Shown: positions 37,091-49,797, numbered from the stretch's first letter. The stretch: 64,000 bases of DNA from Ginglymostoma cirratum (GCA_024137785.1 JAHRHZ010000264.1:16271946-16335945), one strand, 5' to 3'. Made by a program: numbers and translations. The notes: generated by a model not told the origin, from the sequence alone.

Positions 37091-37894
37091 TTGTTTTCCC
37101 TCTCCCTTTGAGGAAGCATTTGGAATGCTGTAGACATTCAATGGGAATTCAACAACTGGCTAATAGCAGCCCAGAATTTACAAGCTACCCATACATATTC
37201 CAGAGATTTACTGTCACAAAGAAACCGATTGATATTTCATGGATTTCTACAAAGCCAAGGTAAAAAGATTGGAAGGTTGCCAATTAATTTTGGCCTAAAA
37301 ATGTTTTCGAGCATCGTTGCATGTGTGCCAAAATATAATTAGGTTTGCTTCACCAATACAAGGGAATAGAGACCACAGCTCAGGAGCAGAAAACTAAACA
37401 CAGTTCAGATTTAACCGCTTCAAATAAAAGGTTTCAATGTATGGAACAACAAGGCACACATTTGAGGTAGATGTGGTCTGTAAATTCAAAAGCACATTTG
37501 ACAAATATTAGGCTGGAAAAGCCAATTCTGATGTAAGAGTAATAAGTTAGTTTACAATATTTTCTGAATGTTGAGACTGACCAGATGGTCTCTTTCAATT
37601 CATATGTTGCTGTATTTCAATGTACCTTAAATAGTTTCTCTGCACAAATAAACTATTTCCTCACAAACTCAACAATTGCCTTCTCATTATCCAGGGTATA
37701 TAGCAGAAGCCAAATAGAAAAATATTCCATTGATATTGAACCCTTACTGTTTAAGTTTCTGTATCTTTAGAAGAAGATGGAATCACAACAGAATGAGAAA
37801 TCAAAACATATTCATGCCACAAGCCATGGTCTTTTGTGCTAATCTAATCATAGTGAACCAGCTAAATGGATCATGTAACCGACTTAAGAGACAA

Positions 37895-39360
37895 AATTTG
37901 ACTCTTCTTGGGGGTAGGTTGGCAGTGTGTCACAAAATTGGGTGTAACGACAAACATACCAATTTTCATGTCTAGCCACCCAACCCCCTTACATCACCAC
38001 AATTTTACACAAGACAGGGGAAGCATAAGCTGCCTTGGGCCAATTGAAGCACTTAGGTGACCAATTAATGCCCATTTTAGGGCCACTCCTAACTTCACCA
38101 CAATTCTTGCCACAGTGGATGGAAACTACACCAAGTTTGAAGCCTGCTAATATTGATGTGCCATTTAGCACAGGCATAAATCAAGGAAGCTTGTCCTGGT
38201 TGTCAGCAGTCCTCAGTCAAGTCAAATGAGAGAGCCTTTGGTCAGGGCATCTCAGCACAGTAAGGCAAGGGCAGCATCTGATAGCAGTCCAGGGGCTTGA
38301 ACATGGTCAGTTAGCTGCTTGGGGTGATCAGAGTCAGGAAGCTCTCCACATAAAGGGTGAGGAGTCCAATGTCAGGCAGCCCACCAACCATCTTGACTCT
38401 TTCTGCCCTAATTTGGACTGTTTACCTTTGGAATGAAAGACAGACAGCTTTTTAGGTGAGTAGCTCAGTGTTAGTTATGGTGCAGGTGGGAGGGTGTCCA
38501 AAGTGAGTGATTAGGCAGCACCAGAGGGCATGCCAGGTTTTTGATCACTGGGCTTAGGTGGTTGACAGCAAATTAGGGAAGATGTTGTAGATAAAAGCGA
38601 GAATGCTAGCACATGAGCCTTTTTAGGAGATAGATACAGTAGCAGAGATAGATTAAGCGTCAAGTGTTGAAGAGAAGATGGTGGCACTTAAGCTGGTATG
38701 TTGGAGACCATCATTGATCTTTTCCTACATTGCTGTGCATTCCTCCAGGCAGCTGATACTGCACGGACCAAGGTGGCAACTTTGGATCAGGCTGACATGA
38801 ACTGCTGCCTTGATCTCCTGTTTTAGTATGGGGGAGGAGGATAACCTGCATCTGCACCACACCATTCAGTGGGACCCTCATGTCCATGGCAAATGTCAGT
38901 GCAGGGCAGTCCCTTTCAGAATGTCTACAGTATCTGCAGTTCTTCGTTTTATTCACTACCACATCCCCTCTGGGAATGCCCACCTTGAAGAAGTTCTGCT
39001 CCTCTCTCCGGCAGATTTTTCCAATAAGTCTTTCTTGTTGTGCATCATGATTACTTGGGTTTTCCCTCTTTTCAGAACAGCTCCAGGCTAGTTGTGCTTG
39101 TGCACCACAGCTTTTTTAAAGATTGTGCAGCACCAGGGATGCTAGCCAATTCCAGGATATCCTGGGAGTGGCGCACTGTCTAGGAATGGTGCGTAGTTTA
39201 ATTGGACTAAAATTGGGCAAGAGGGGGACCATAGGGGCAGGGTAGCTAATTATTCAGGCAATTTTGTAACATATGGCAAGAGATTGCGTGAAACCAATCA
39301 GTGAGAAAGCTCCCAAAAAACTCGATGATACTTTGAATCTTTTTTGGCGATCTTATTTGT
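37895..39360. mobile_element. Decayed Harbinger-like DNA transposon remnant
   Basis: Shared subterminal-like motif (caattgaagcacttaggtgaccaattaatgcccattttagggcc); - strand ~38900-39020 weakly resembles the Harbinger Myb-ORF ER..TGGG region. Confidence 0.35.
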
Positions 39361-39374
39361 CGGAACTGGGGGAC

Positions 39375-39952
39375 CTGCATCCAGGTCTCTTAGGGTCATT
39401 GAGTCATATGGTATAGAAACAGACCATTTGGTCCAACAGGTCTATGCTGATCAAAAAACACCAAACTACACTAATCCCATTTTCCTGCACTTGGTCCATA
39501 TCCTACCATGCCCTGACATTTTAAGTGTTCATCCAGATGCTTTCTAAATGCTGAGAGAATATCTGCTTCCACTATCCTCTCAGGCAGAACATTCCATATT
39601 TTCACAGCCCTCTGGATGAAAATAAAATTTCCTCATCTCTCTCAGCCCACTTACTCCTCACCTTAAACATGTGCCCTTTGGCCTTAGACTTTGCCGTGAG
39701 GAAAAGATTCTCATGAACTACCCTGTCTCCGCCTCTCATAATTTTGTATACTTCAATCAGACCCTCCATCAGCCTCCTCTGCTCCAAGAAAAACAAACCC
39801 AGCCCATGCAGTTTCTCCTCCTAAATGACACTTCTTATCTCAGACAACATCCTGGTGAATCTTCTCTGTACCCTGTCCAGTGCAATCACATCCTTCTGAT
39901 ATTGTGGTGACCAGAACTTCTCACAGTATTCCATCTGTGGCCTAACCAATCT
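39375..39952 (-). mobile_element. CR1 LINE 3' end
   Basis: Minus ORF LEQRRLMEGLIEVYKIMRGGDRV..KGHMFKVR. Confidence 0.85.
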
Positions 39953-40541
39953 TTAGGATCAAGACCTATATCCTCAGAAATAGTGTGGATCCAACTCATG
40001 TAACTTGTATCTGATTACTCTAAGACTCATTGGGCAACAACAAAATAAAACTGTCCATGATGTTTAAAGGTCCGCAGAGGCTTCCTGACTCATCAGAATC
40101 CAGTCCTGAGCAGATGTTTAAATGAACTTTCATTTCTACATCATTTCATTAATGTCCCATGTTGAATCTCTATACTACCGAAGTATAGGAGGATTGTTCA
40201 TTTTCACTTATAACAGCTATCAGCTGCTGGCTGAGCTATTTTATGCACTAACCTCTCCTTTTCTTCACACAATCCCCAAATGGGATAATCCACCATTGTA
40301 ATGTCCTCTACTTTTCAATCCAGCTGATAATTACCAAAACCTGCTAAGATATGGGCTCAGAATTGAACTGTCAATTTGCAGCAAGAGTTTGAAATGAGCT
40401 CCTGTTTATTTGAGCCAAATATTTTACCACTGATGCCTCCATATTGGTTTTAATGAGGCTGGCGTATAATCTGAATGTCAATGTGGTGGCTTCAAACTTC
40501 ATTTCTCTCTGTCTGAAAGTATTATTTTTATTTATATGTGC

Positions 40542-40640
40542 TTTGCTGGCTAAGCAAGCATTTATTGCCCATTCTTAATTACTCTGGAGAAGGTAGTAGT
40601 GAGCTGCCTTCTTGAACTGTTGCAATGTTTGAGTGTAGGA
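40542..40640 (-). mobile_element. 3' tail of the LINE/SINE family seen at 58030-58300 and 62770-62835
   Basis: gcatttattgcccattcttaatt is the reverse complement of the aattagggatgggcaataaa tail at ~62771-62790. Confidence 0.6.
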
Positions 40641-41129
40641 AAGTCTCACATTCTTTTGCGTGAATGTTTAAGCATGGAATTATTTGCCAGAGTACTTGGG
40701 ATTTGTATTAGAATTATATGAAAATCTGTATTTCCTCTTTATATATAGTTCATTTTGTGCTCTTGCGACCGTCAGATTCTAATTCATGAAGCGTCTGGTT
40801 TTATGAGTCTCTCTACTGTCCTGCAAAAGTTCATCTTTTCCATGAGACTAACACCCTAATCCTTTAAATTCATTGCCAATAACCTTATGACGAAACAACT
40901 TCTTTTCGTCACTCCAGGCTACCTGCATTTGAACTAACTGCTGTCCTCGTTTTCTTTCTGAAGTAAATTACTACTGAGCTTTCTGTTCTTGCTAACTATC
41001 ATTTGATCAGTTATAGTTTTCTTTCCGTTGTTCTTAAATTTGTAGGTATCACCTTTTATCATACCCAGCTTTATGTTAATACTTGCTTAAATCTATCAGA
41101 TCAAGAGCTTGTGTTCCTCCAGAAGCATC

Positions 41130-41870
41130 AAAACACCTCTTAGGATTCGCAAATGACATTCCTGTGACTGAGACCTCTTCCTCTTTGACCTCTCTGCAGT
41201 CTTTGACATCGTCAACAAAACAGTGCCATTCCAGTGCTGCTTCTCTATTGTCTAGCTCAGTTGTACTGCCCTTACGAAGTCCATTTTTTACATGTCCATG
41301 AATAACCAGTATATTGGCAACATGGTTTTCTGTTTTCTTCCTTAATATTGTGACCTCTATGGTCACCCAACATGTTCCACTTCCTCATCTGCATATTGTC
41401 TATTGGTGGAAATTCATATCTCCAGATTGATATTGGAAATATTTAAACCATGATACTCAACTTCTATTGTAAAATCTGTACTCATGCCAGGAAAACCATT
41501 GCCCCTTCCCTAACCCCCATAGTTAAGACAAAGATTATCACAATCTGAGTTGAATTTCTGACCCAATAAATTATTTGTCTTAAAATCAGCCCACTTGCAT
41601 TTCTAACATTACCTGCCTCCAGCCTATCCATTACCAGTCAGATGCTGAAATCCTTATCCATGCCTCTGTCACTGACAGAATGATTATCCAAACTGCAGAA
41701 TTCTGCTCTCCAAATCAATAAATATCAGCTCATCCAAAGTGTTCTTGCTCTTTTATGAGTTCTACTCACCTAACACCCTAATCCTTCACTTGTTTTGGCC
41801 TGGAGTTCATCAAAGCTGCAAATTAAAAATGCTTCTGCTATTAAAATATCTCTGTGGCCTCAGCTACCCT
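41130..41870 (+). mobile_element. Decayed L2 LINE RT fragment (3' end probably continues at ~42960-43225)
   Basis: DLSAVFDIVN-like (~41187-41216), DAEILIHASVT (~41641-41673), QLIQ and FK-like remnants. Confidence 0.6.
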
Positions 41871-42534
41871 GCGCTTGCTTTTCAGCAGCTCATGAAGGTA
41901 AGATAGGGTCTGGCCACCTTTGAAAATATTGCTCCAAGATAGAATGTTATTGTTCCCACTCCTCTGGGACAGTCGTGCTAGTTTAAAGGCAAGTGTTCAG
42001 ATGAGGGGCGAACAATTTGCTCAACTCCAGTTTGCTGCCCATTAAGGTCCTTGAACTTGTTAGTAGTTGGAGAGAGACAGACAGCAATTTTCAAAACCGA
42101 ACGATCTGGTACACATTAATGCAGAGCTGTCTGGTGCAACACAGCAGGCATGTTTGTGCTGCAAAATTATTTTACCAAATTTTTACTCCCTCAAAGTCTT
42201 CTGTCTTTTCATTAACCATTTGATCACTTGTCTCTACCATGAAGCTGTTGGCCCTCTGATCGCCTACCTTATGTATTTAGCAAGGCAAACATGCATAACC
42301 TTGGCTTCCATCTGCCTTTAACGTCAGCACCACGAACTAGGCACCAAACAGGATTGGCATTTCAAAATAACATTGCATTAATGATACAGAATCAAGACCT
42401 GCCAATGCTCTGGCCATAAGTTTGCTGACTCTGGATTGAAAATTGAGCCCCTTTCCACCGCGTCTCCTCAGCCACACAACCCCTCCTCCCTGAATGCTGC
42501 TTTCCTCAGACTTTGTGCTTTTAGAAGGAAAGAC

Positions 42535-42957
42535 AAACTTGCATTTACATATTGCTGTTGCACTGGGCCAAGGTAACTAATTTAGAACCATGAAATATTT
42601 TTTCAAGCGAAGTGAGTTATTATGGGGGAAATGCAACAGCTAATTTGTGCGCAGCAATCTCCCATAAATAACAATGCGATAATGACCACCTAATCTGTTT
42701 ATAGTAATGTTGTTTGAGGGATGACCATTAGCCAGGACACCAGGCATAAGTCCAACGTTCTTCTTCAAGATAGTGGCAGAGAATCCTTTATGTCTGACTT
42801 GAATCAATGTTCATCAGAAAGTCAGTTGCTCTGACAATGCAGCAGCCCCTCCGTACTGCCCGGGAGTGTCTGCCTAAATTTTGTTGCTGAAAACGCTGGA
42901 GTGGGACTTGAACTCATGACCTCCTGACTCAGTGATGAAAATGCTAGCATTTAAGCC
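42535..42957 (-). mobile_element. Deu-domain SINE (SacSINE1/AmnSINE1 superfamily), near full length
   Basis: gcagcagcccctccgtactgcccgggagtgtctgcctaaatt, ttagccaggacaccag, B-box rc (gtgggacttgaactc) and L2-like tail aacttgcatttacat. Confidence 0.7.
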
Positions 42958-44169
42958 CTCTTTACCTGCAATGATGACAGTGCTTTAAGTCACCTAAGTC
43001 CCTGTCTCTAGATTCATCTGCTTAAAACCCCTTCACTATTCCACTGGTCATCACCCACTTTCCTCTTTTAAACGATCTCCCCCAAAACCCTACTGACATA
43101 ACCAAGTTTTGACCCCAATCCTTGCAATCTCTCCTCTGATTCAGTGCTGCCTTTTGTCACTCTTCTGTGAAGCATTCTGAGATTCTTTCTATGATGCCGG
43201 TGCAGTACAATTCAAGCGATGTGAAATGAGTGTATTTGTTCCTTACAAAATAACTTTCTAAAGTATTCGGATTAAAGGCATTTTGTTTTATTTTTAACGT
43301 GTTTTCTTGCAGAAAGTTTCATTTATTGTTTTTGACTCGCGTTCAGAAAATTTGATATTGAAAAAATAAGGTGACAAATACATCATATAAAAATAGACGA
43401 GGTGAGGGTATTGTCTAAATACAATCTATTTAATATTCAACAATAAGGCAGGCTTTCCATTTAATGAATGTTGCCTAGCAAGTCTAATTCTGTAGCTATA
43501 TGACAGGTTCATATTGAAATGGTATAAAAGACTCCACTACCATCTTCAGGATAAGTACTGACCTGACAATGTAGTGACGTTGGTTATACTTAGAGTCTCC
43601 ATTGCTGCTCACAGCGTGCATTGGCTGCAGTTTCACTCCAACACTGGCAGTAACTTGCATTTTCAGAGTATATTAAATGAGAACAACCAGGCTTAATATT
43701 ATTAGAAATGACTGATCTTATTTTAAAAATTATTTGAGAACAACTCTCTGTTGACTCTTTTGGGTAATTAGAAATGTCGGGGGGCACTTCGGGTGCAACA
43801 AACAAAACTCGAGCATTATTTTTGTTACATGGTTTTATATTAATCAGAGCACCCCTACCCTACATTGACACCTGAGATGTGAACTTTACGCGGTTAAAAT
43901 CCAGCCAAAAAAGTAGCGGATAATGTGTTTGGGATATTAAGGGGAGGTTTACCTGATGGAAAATCAGCATCTGTTTCCTCATTTCCCAAAACCTGCTCCC
44001 AATTTATGTTATGAAACACAGAATACCTCCTTTTGTGCTTATGCAAATTATTTTAGTAATAATTGTTTAGAATCAGATAGGATAAGGTAATTAAATTCTA
44101 AACTATCATATTAACCTGTTCCCTGCAGAAGATGCAAATTTATTGCCAATGATTTTGTTCCTCACTAGG

Positions 44170-44908
44170 TGTCTGGGCACACAAAACTATGCTTAAGAGT
44201 CTGTAAAATAGAATGCTAAGAAATCCATGTAACTGCAGTTTCCAGTGTGAAGACTATACACCACCTCTCTTGGGTCACATCACATGGATCTTCAATTCAG
44301 GTTGGCATGTGCTGATGCTTGAGAGTCCTTAGTTGTTTAAAGGGCTATAGTTTAAACAACTAATAGCTCTGTGGGTATAACACAGCCTGCAGACCACAGC
44401 AATTCAAGAAGGTGGCTGACCACTGTCTTTCGAAAGGAATTAGAGATTGGCAGTAACCTTTCAAAAAAAAAATCTAAAACCGTGTTTCACCAAGACCATC
44501 TTATTCATTGGGATTGTGGCTTTTCAGAATTTCAGGAGCTGTGTAAGAGAAATCTCAGCGAAGGTAACAAGTTTATCTTTTGAGGTCGTACCAATGAGTC
44601 AGATTGACCATTCATTTCCTAAACGGACCCAAACAAAAAGCTGAGTTCCGGTGTTCCATCATGAGGCATATCCTCTTGAGCCCAATATTGGGTAGACTAT
44701 TTTTTCCAGTAATGCTGTTTCTGGATGCTGTTTACAGCTATTAAGAAGAGATTATATTTCTCCTCTTGTTATTTTAATCTCAGTTTAAATCACAGAACTA
44801 CGAAGCTCTAAAATATATTTGAATGAATTAATACAGAAAGAAATATCCATTCCTGAGACCAGAAATGTGGTTGATTCAAACTTCAGCATAGTTTTGTGTC
44901 ACTGACAA
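44170..44908. mobile_element. Possible old MITE bounded by inverted repeats
   Basis: 15-bp perfect inverted repeat acacaaaactatgct (44179-44193) and agcatagttttgtgt (44885-44899), extendable imperfectly to ~27 bp. Confidence 0.45.
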
Positions 44909-45060
44909 GACTTAAATTGATTGGCCCACCCCTATTTGTCAGCTTGGGATACTGTAGTTATTTTTATCCTGAATTATAGTAAACACCACTTTTTTTTAAT
45001 TGCATGACTAATGTATAACAATCCCACTGTAGCTTTTACAAGCAAAGTTTAGTTGCTCTG

Positions 45061-45216
45061 NNNNNNNNNNNNNNNNNNNNNNNNNNNNNNNNNNNNNNNN
45101 NNNNNNNNNNNNNNNNNNNNNNNNNNNNNNNNNNNNNNNNNNNNNNNNNNNNNNNNNNNNNNNNNNNNNNNNNNNNNNNNNNNNNNNNNNNNNNNNNNNN
45201 NNNNNNNNNNNNNNNN
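45061..45216. other. Assembly gap (156 N)
   Basis: N run. Confidence 0.99.
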
Positions 45217-46309
45217 GTGAATGGAGGGAAGGCTGTAGATTGTTACAATGTTTCATCCGTGCACTTCCTGTAAGACAGTTTAACCAGAAGATTTAATGTG
45301 TCAAAGTTAACTGCGTTCAGCAGCAGATTTTCACATTCTAATTAAAGATTAAGAACATAGTACATTACAGTGTGATTTGTCATACATGGCTTGCTAAATA
45401 GGAAACCTACCGGGATTCCACAACATTTTATAAACATTATTGAGGCTTTTAATGTGGAATAGGAAACAATTACAAGAACACGCTGTTGACAGTATTATCA
45501 TAATTTACATACATTTTTCCTTCATTGAAAATCCTACATGCAGGGTAGTTCCTGATATCAATTTATTCTTATTCTTTAGCAGTTGTAAAATATTCAAAAC
45601 TCTTTTAAATATGGACATATCTTAAATAATACAATTCTTGAATCCTTTCCCTCCCTGAAAATGGAATGCAGTGATGCAAAAAATTGTATGGTATTTTTCT
45701 TTATGTTAACAGGAATGGGAAATGAGGGGAAGTTGGCTGTTGCTGTTATTCATGTGGGAAAAGTCACCAAATTAAAACAATAGGAGAAATACATTTTCTC
45801 CCGAAAACATATTATTGCCTGATGAATATATTTTAACTTGCTTTTTTCCCCCAAAGCTAAGTTTACTGAAGAAAACACCCTGAAGACAAATTCCTGCTGC
45901 ACTGCAGAACCTTAATATATTTGCGTTTTGAATTTGTCCTGTGACTTCCAAAAACAAAGAGTTTACACTGCATTTTGGTTTAAAAGAAATTCCAAAGAAA
46001 ATCTGTCGATTGCAATTCCAGTGATATCCACCACTTGAGTTCCAAGGGCAGAAGGAGGGTAATTTATTGTATAAAATATCATAATGGACCTCTCCTCCAA
46101 AACCCACCCACCAAATGCAATTAGAAAGCCTGCCTTATGAGAATATGTACATAGGTTGCCACATGCAAGTCCACATCCATTTCCCACATTCCTTGTGAGC
46201 CTAATGCAGAAATGTTGCCCATTAAAAATCTCTAACTTCTCTTTGGGGGAGAGCGAGAAGTAGCCTTTTTTTTTGCCTGGATCTTCCCCCAAACCTGCAA
46301 TTTTTCAAT

Positions 46310-46525
46310 ATTAAACTCTGGAATGAGTTGCCGGAGGAAGTGGTAAAGGCTGGTAAAATTATAATGCATTGAAAAGGCATCTGTATGGGTACAGGAAAGG
46401 GACGTGTTTAGAGGGATATGGGCCAAATGCTGGCAAATGGGACTGAATGAATTTAGGGCATCTGATCGGTATGGAGGAGTTGGACTAAAGGGACTGTTTC
46501 CATGCAGTACATCTGTATGACTTTA
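46310..46525 (+). mobile_element. CR1/HER1 LINE 3' end
   Basis: tggaatgagttgccggaggaagtggt..tttagagggatatgggccaaatgctggcaaatgggact..gactgtttccatgc. Confidence 0.85.
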
Positions 46526-47384
46526 AATCACGTCTGTTAGGAAACCAGGAGAACTGTTGGTGGAGGAAGTCCCAAACCCCTTTGGCAACATTGACTTTGC
46601 AGGAGACAGTCAGGGGATCATTCCATCACAAGGTAAACTGACATAAATGGCTCCCTAATTTTTATCCTGCGCTTTCAATGCCCCACTTAAAGTTGAGGGT
46701 CAGAAATCAGCAATTTTCTGGCGACTTTATGTACTTTAGCAATGATGCTGGGAAAAAGTACATGTACACTCTCTGGTCTATTCATGCATTCATTAAAAGT
46801 AATATAATATAAAACAACTTAGATTTTACATTTCATAAGTGATCTGCTCTGTTGTCCTTGCTCTGGTGCCTTGATATGCTGCATTCAGATCTATTTAAAC
46901 GTTACTGAATAAACACACAATATTTCCTCATTGTGAGTCTGTCTACATATGAACAAAATGTACTGTCAATTGCATTAACCACTCTGTTGTTTTGAACATT
47001 GTATTGAACCAGGATTAAGTGCTGTACCATTATCCTAGCAGTCTCAGGCCGGGAATGCCCTGCGATTGATCTTTTACTGACTGAAAGACCATCACTGAAG
47101 AAAGCAACCTGATGAGATTTTTTTATTATTTTTAACATTAGGGATACAAATCTGTTTTCTGTCCTGAAACATTGACTTGTACATTGATACAATGGATCAC
47201 TTCTCTGTGGAAGAAGTCAGCAATATTGTGATATGGCACTCTCGATGTAACATGTGTACAGTTGATAGTGTCTAGCCGCTGGGCAAAGCCACCTATTATG
47301 GGCAAAGCCTACTGCCTGGACTGCAGAACTGACCTTGTCACTGGGAAGCAAGATGAACAATGTGATCTGGCACAAATTTTCCTG

Positions 47385-47490
47385 TGGGAAATGCAGGGTT
47401 ACAGGGGTAGGGTACGGGGTGAGTCTGGGTGTGATGCTGTTTGCAGAGTCGGTGTGGACTTGTTGGGCTGAACGGCCTGTTTCCACACAG
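47385..47490 (+). mobile_element. HE1-type SINE 3' tail
   Basis: gggaaatgcagggttacagggg..gtcggtgtggacttgttgggctgaacggcctgtttccacac; matches rc of 9660-9750. Confidence 0.7.
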
Positions 47491-47823
47491 GGGAGGAGAA
47501 AAAAAGACTTTAGTAATGGCTTGATATATTTGAGGATTGAGAAATTTCATACAGATCCCCAGTGAATTATTGGAAACAACCAGTTGCAAAAATCATTAGT
47601 GCAGCTGCCACTTTGACTGGGATGACCACCCTCACCGTGCCCCCTTTCAGGTCACATGCTCCACCAGAACATCCTCAGTCTGTCCCAGCACTGTATCAGA
47701 GATAAAAGATACTGCAGATGCTGGAGAATCCGAGATAACAAGGCGTGGGGCTAGATGAACACAGCAGGCCAAGCAGCATCATAGGAGCAGGAAAACTTGA
47801 CGTTTCGGGCCTAGACCCTTCAT

Positions 47824-48223
47824 NNNNNNNNNNNNNNNNNNNNNNNNNNNNNNNNNNNNNNNNNNNNNNNNNNNNNNNNNNNNNNNNNNNNNNNNNNNNN
47901 NNNNNNNNNNNNNNNNNNNNNNNNNNNNNNNNNNNNNNNNNNNNNNNNNNNNNNNNNNNNNNNNNNNNNNNNNNNNNNNNNNNNNNNNNNNNNNNNNNNN
48001 NNNNNNNNNNNNNNNNNNNNNNNNNNNNNNNNNNNNNNNNNNNNNNNNNNNNNNNNNNNNNNNNNNNNNNNNNNNNNNNNNNNNNNNNNNNNNNNNNNNN
48101 NNNNNNNNNNNNNNNNNNNNNNNNNNNNNNNNNNNNNNNNNNNNNNNNNNNNNNNNNNNNNNNNNNNNNNNNNNNNNNNNNNNNNNNNNNNNNNNNNNNN
48201 NNNNNNNNNNNNNNNNNNNNNNN
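47824..48223. other. Assembly gap (400 N)
   Basis: N run. Confidence 0.99.
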
Positions 48224-48239
48224 GGCCTAGACCCTTCAT

Positions 48240-48273
48240 TTTCTGATGAAGGGTCTAGGCCCGAAACGTCGAG
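48240..48273 (+). ncRNA. Minimal hammerhead ribozyme core with GUC cleavage triplet
   Basis: CTGATGA (48243-49) - A - GGGTCTAGGCCC - GAAA (48263-66) - CGTC; stem I weak in this copy (TTT/GAG). Confidence 0.7.
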
Positions 48274-49797
48274 TTTTCCTGCTCCTATGATGCTGCTTGG
48301 CCTGCTGTGTTCATCCAGCCCCACGCCTTGTTGTCCCAGCACTGTGTTTGTCTCATCTGGAGGAAGTATTATCGAGGTTAATCAACTCTGTTGTACCTCC
48401 TGATGGGACCTACAGCTGCAACTGCATCATGTGGAGGCTGTTCAGCACTCGCTGTAGGTCCTGTTGTTCGTGCGTTTACTGGCAAATCTGTCCCTGCTCC
48501 ATTTCTCGGCACCTTCGCTCAACTCCAGCAACAGCAATAATAACTTCTGCTGTGGCTGGATCCATCCGACACACTTGCGATGAACCTTTAGATGACAATG
48601 GGACATGGAGCAAACTGACAAGGAAGGCTATGGAATGCCTCTACATGCGAATGTTTAATGGGGACCTTATACTGATGAATTCATCAGCAGTCGTGTCACA
48701 GTATGATAACAGAAGAGTGTAAATGCTGTATGAGATTTGAGACCTTGGCCTCTCAGCCCCAGATGTTCCATGAAAGGCAGCATTGCTTATATGAGCACAT
48801 CAGAGAATACTCACAGTTCAAGGCAAGAAGGAATCCATTCCGTGCCCTTGTGCAGCCTGTGAGGTTTTGGATTACTTTTGTAAATTATGGCCTGTGGGTT
48901 CCACTTCTGTGGTCAGCTCTGATTATTTTAGCTTCACGGCGATGACCCTCGGCAGTCTGGAATGACCAGTATTTGGACACATGCATTTCACATGCACAAT
49001 GCTATGATTACAAATGACTTCAACCTGTACTGTGAAAGAGCCTGGTTAATACCACTTGTCCCTTGAAGGAGCCTCACACCATTCAGTGGAGTCTGCACTG
49101 TGGACAGAAAACAAAACAGATTCTGTCCACTCTGGGTACAGTCTCAGTGATTTTCCTTTTGTAGGGCACATTTACAAGTTGCATGAGTATGGGGGACAAA
49201 GCAGGCCTGGGTTGGCGCAGTGCGTGGCAGGCTTAGCCTGGTATTCAAGGAGCCTTCCTGAACCTCCGAGATCCATAATTCCTGGCATTTCCTGGTCAGC
49301 CCATTAGTACTGAGCAGTTGCATGTCCCAACTGTTAAATGGGCTTACACTTTCAGCTGCTAATGTTACCTCCTGAGCCCCAGCCTTACAGTTTAGTAATG
49401 CCCACAATCATACAGCTCTGTCTCCCATCAAAGCCTCTGTGGTGGTGACTGTCAATGAGCCTTCACCTGCAGTATCCCATGTCCTCCATCGCACTGTCGC
49501 CCTCTTTATATATTGACTTTCCTCCATTCACCACTCTTCTCTCCTCTGCATCCCAGAATTGACTTCTCTGACTTCATTACCACATCAGTTGCCCCTGATA
49601 GTGCCACACTCCCCACCTTTCATTGACCCATCCCCAGGGATGATTGTACCTGCCCCTAACCAACTTGGACAGACAGCTGCCACTGATGAATAAACTATCC
49701 CCTGACTGATCAGTGTGCAGCCCCTGACCAAATTTCCTTTACTGTTTGCACTGGACCTGTAGGATTAACCATGGCACACTCCTGGGCTGTTGTGATG

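Larger units (their letters stand above)
47695..48331. mobile_element. Young PLE-derived inverted-repeat insertion spanning an N gap
   Basis: 47737-47823 and 48246-48332 are near-perfect reverse complements; 14-bp TSD tgtcccagcactgt at 47681-47694 and 48332-48345. Confidence 0.85.
47610..49330 (+). mobile_element. Decayed Harbinger transposase (interrupted by the PLE insertion)
   Basis: AVAGSIRH..SKLTRKAMECLYMR (like ASGSFQ..HRCIREVTDAL), a RKG.HS..VQ-like remnant at ~48826-48860, and later HD/GYPL-like remnants. Strongly diverged. Confidence 0.5.

Noticed and set aside
40799-41785. 17-nt repeat ctaacaccctaatcctt at ~40848 and ~41769
   Set aside because: Most simply two related L2 fragments; too short to interpret.
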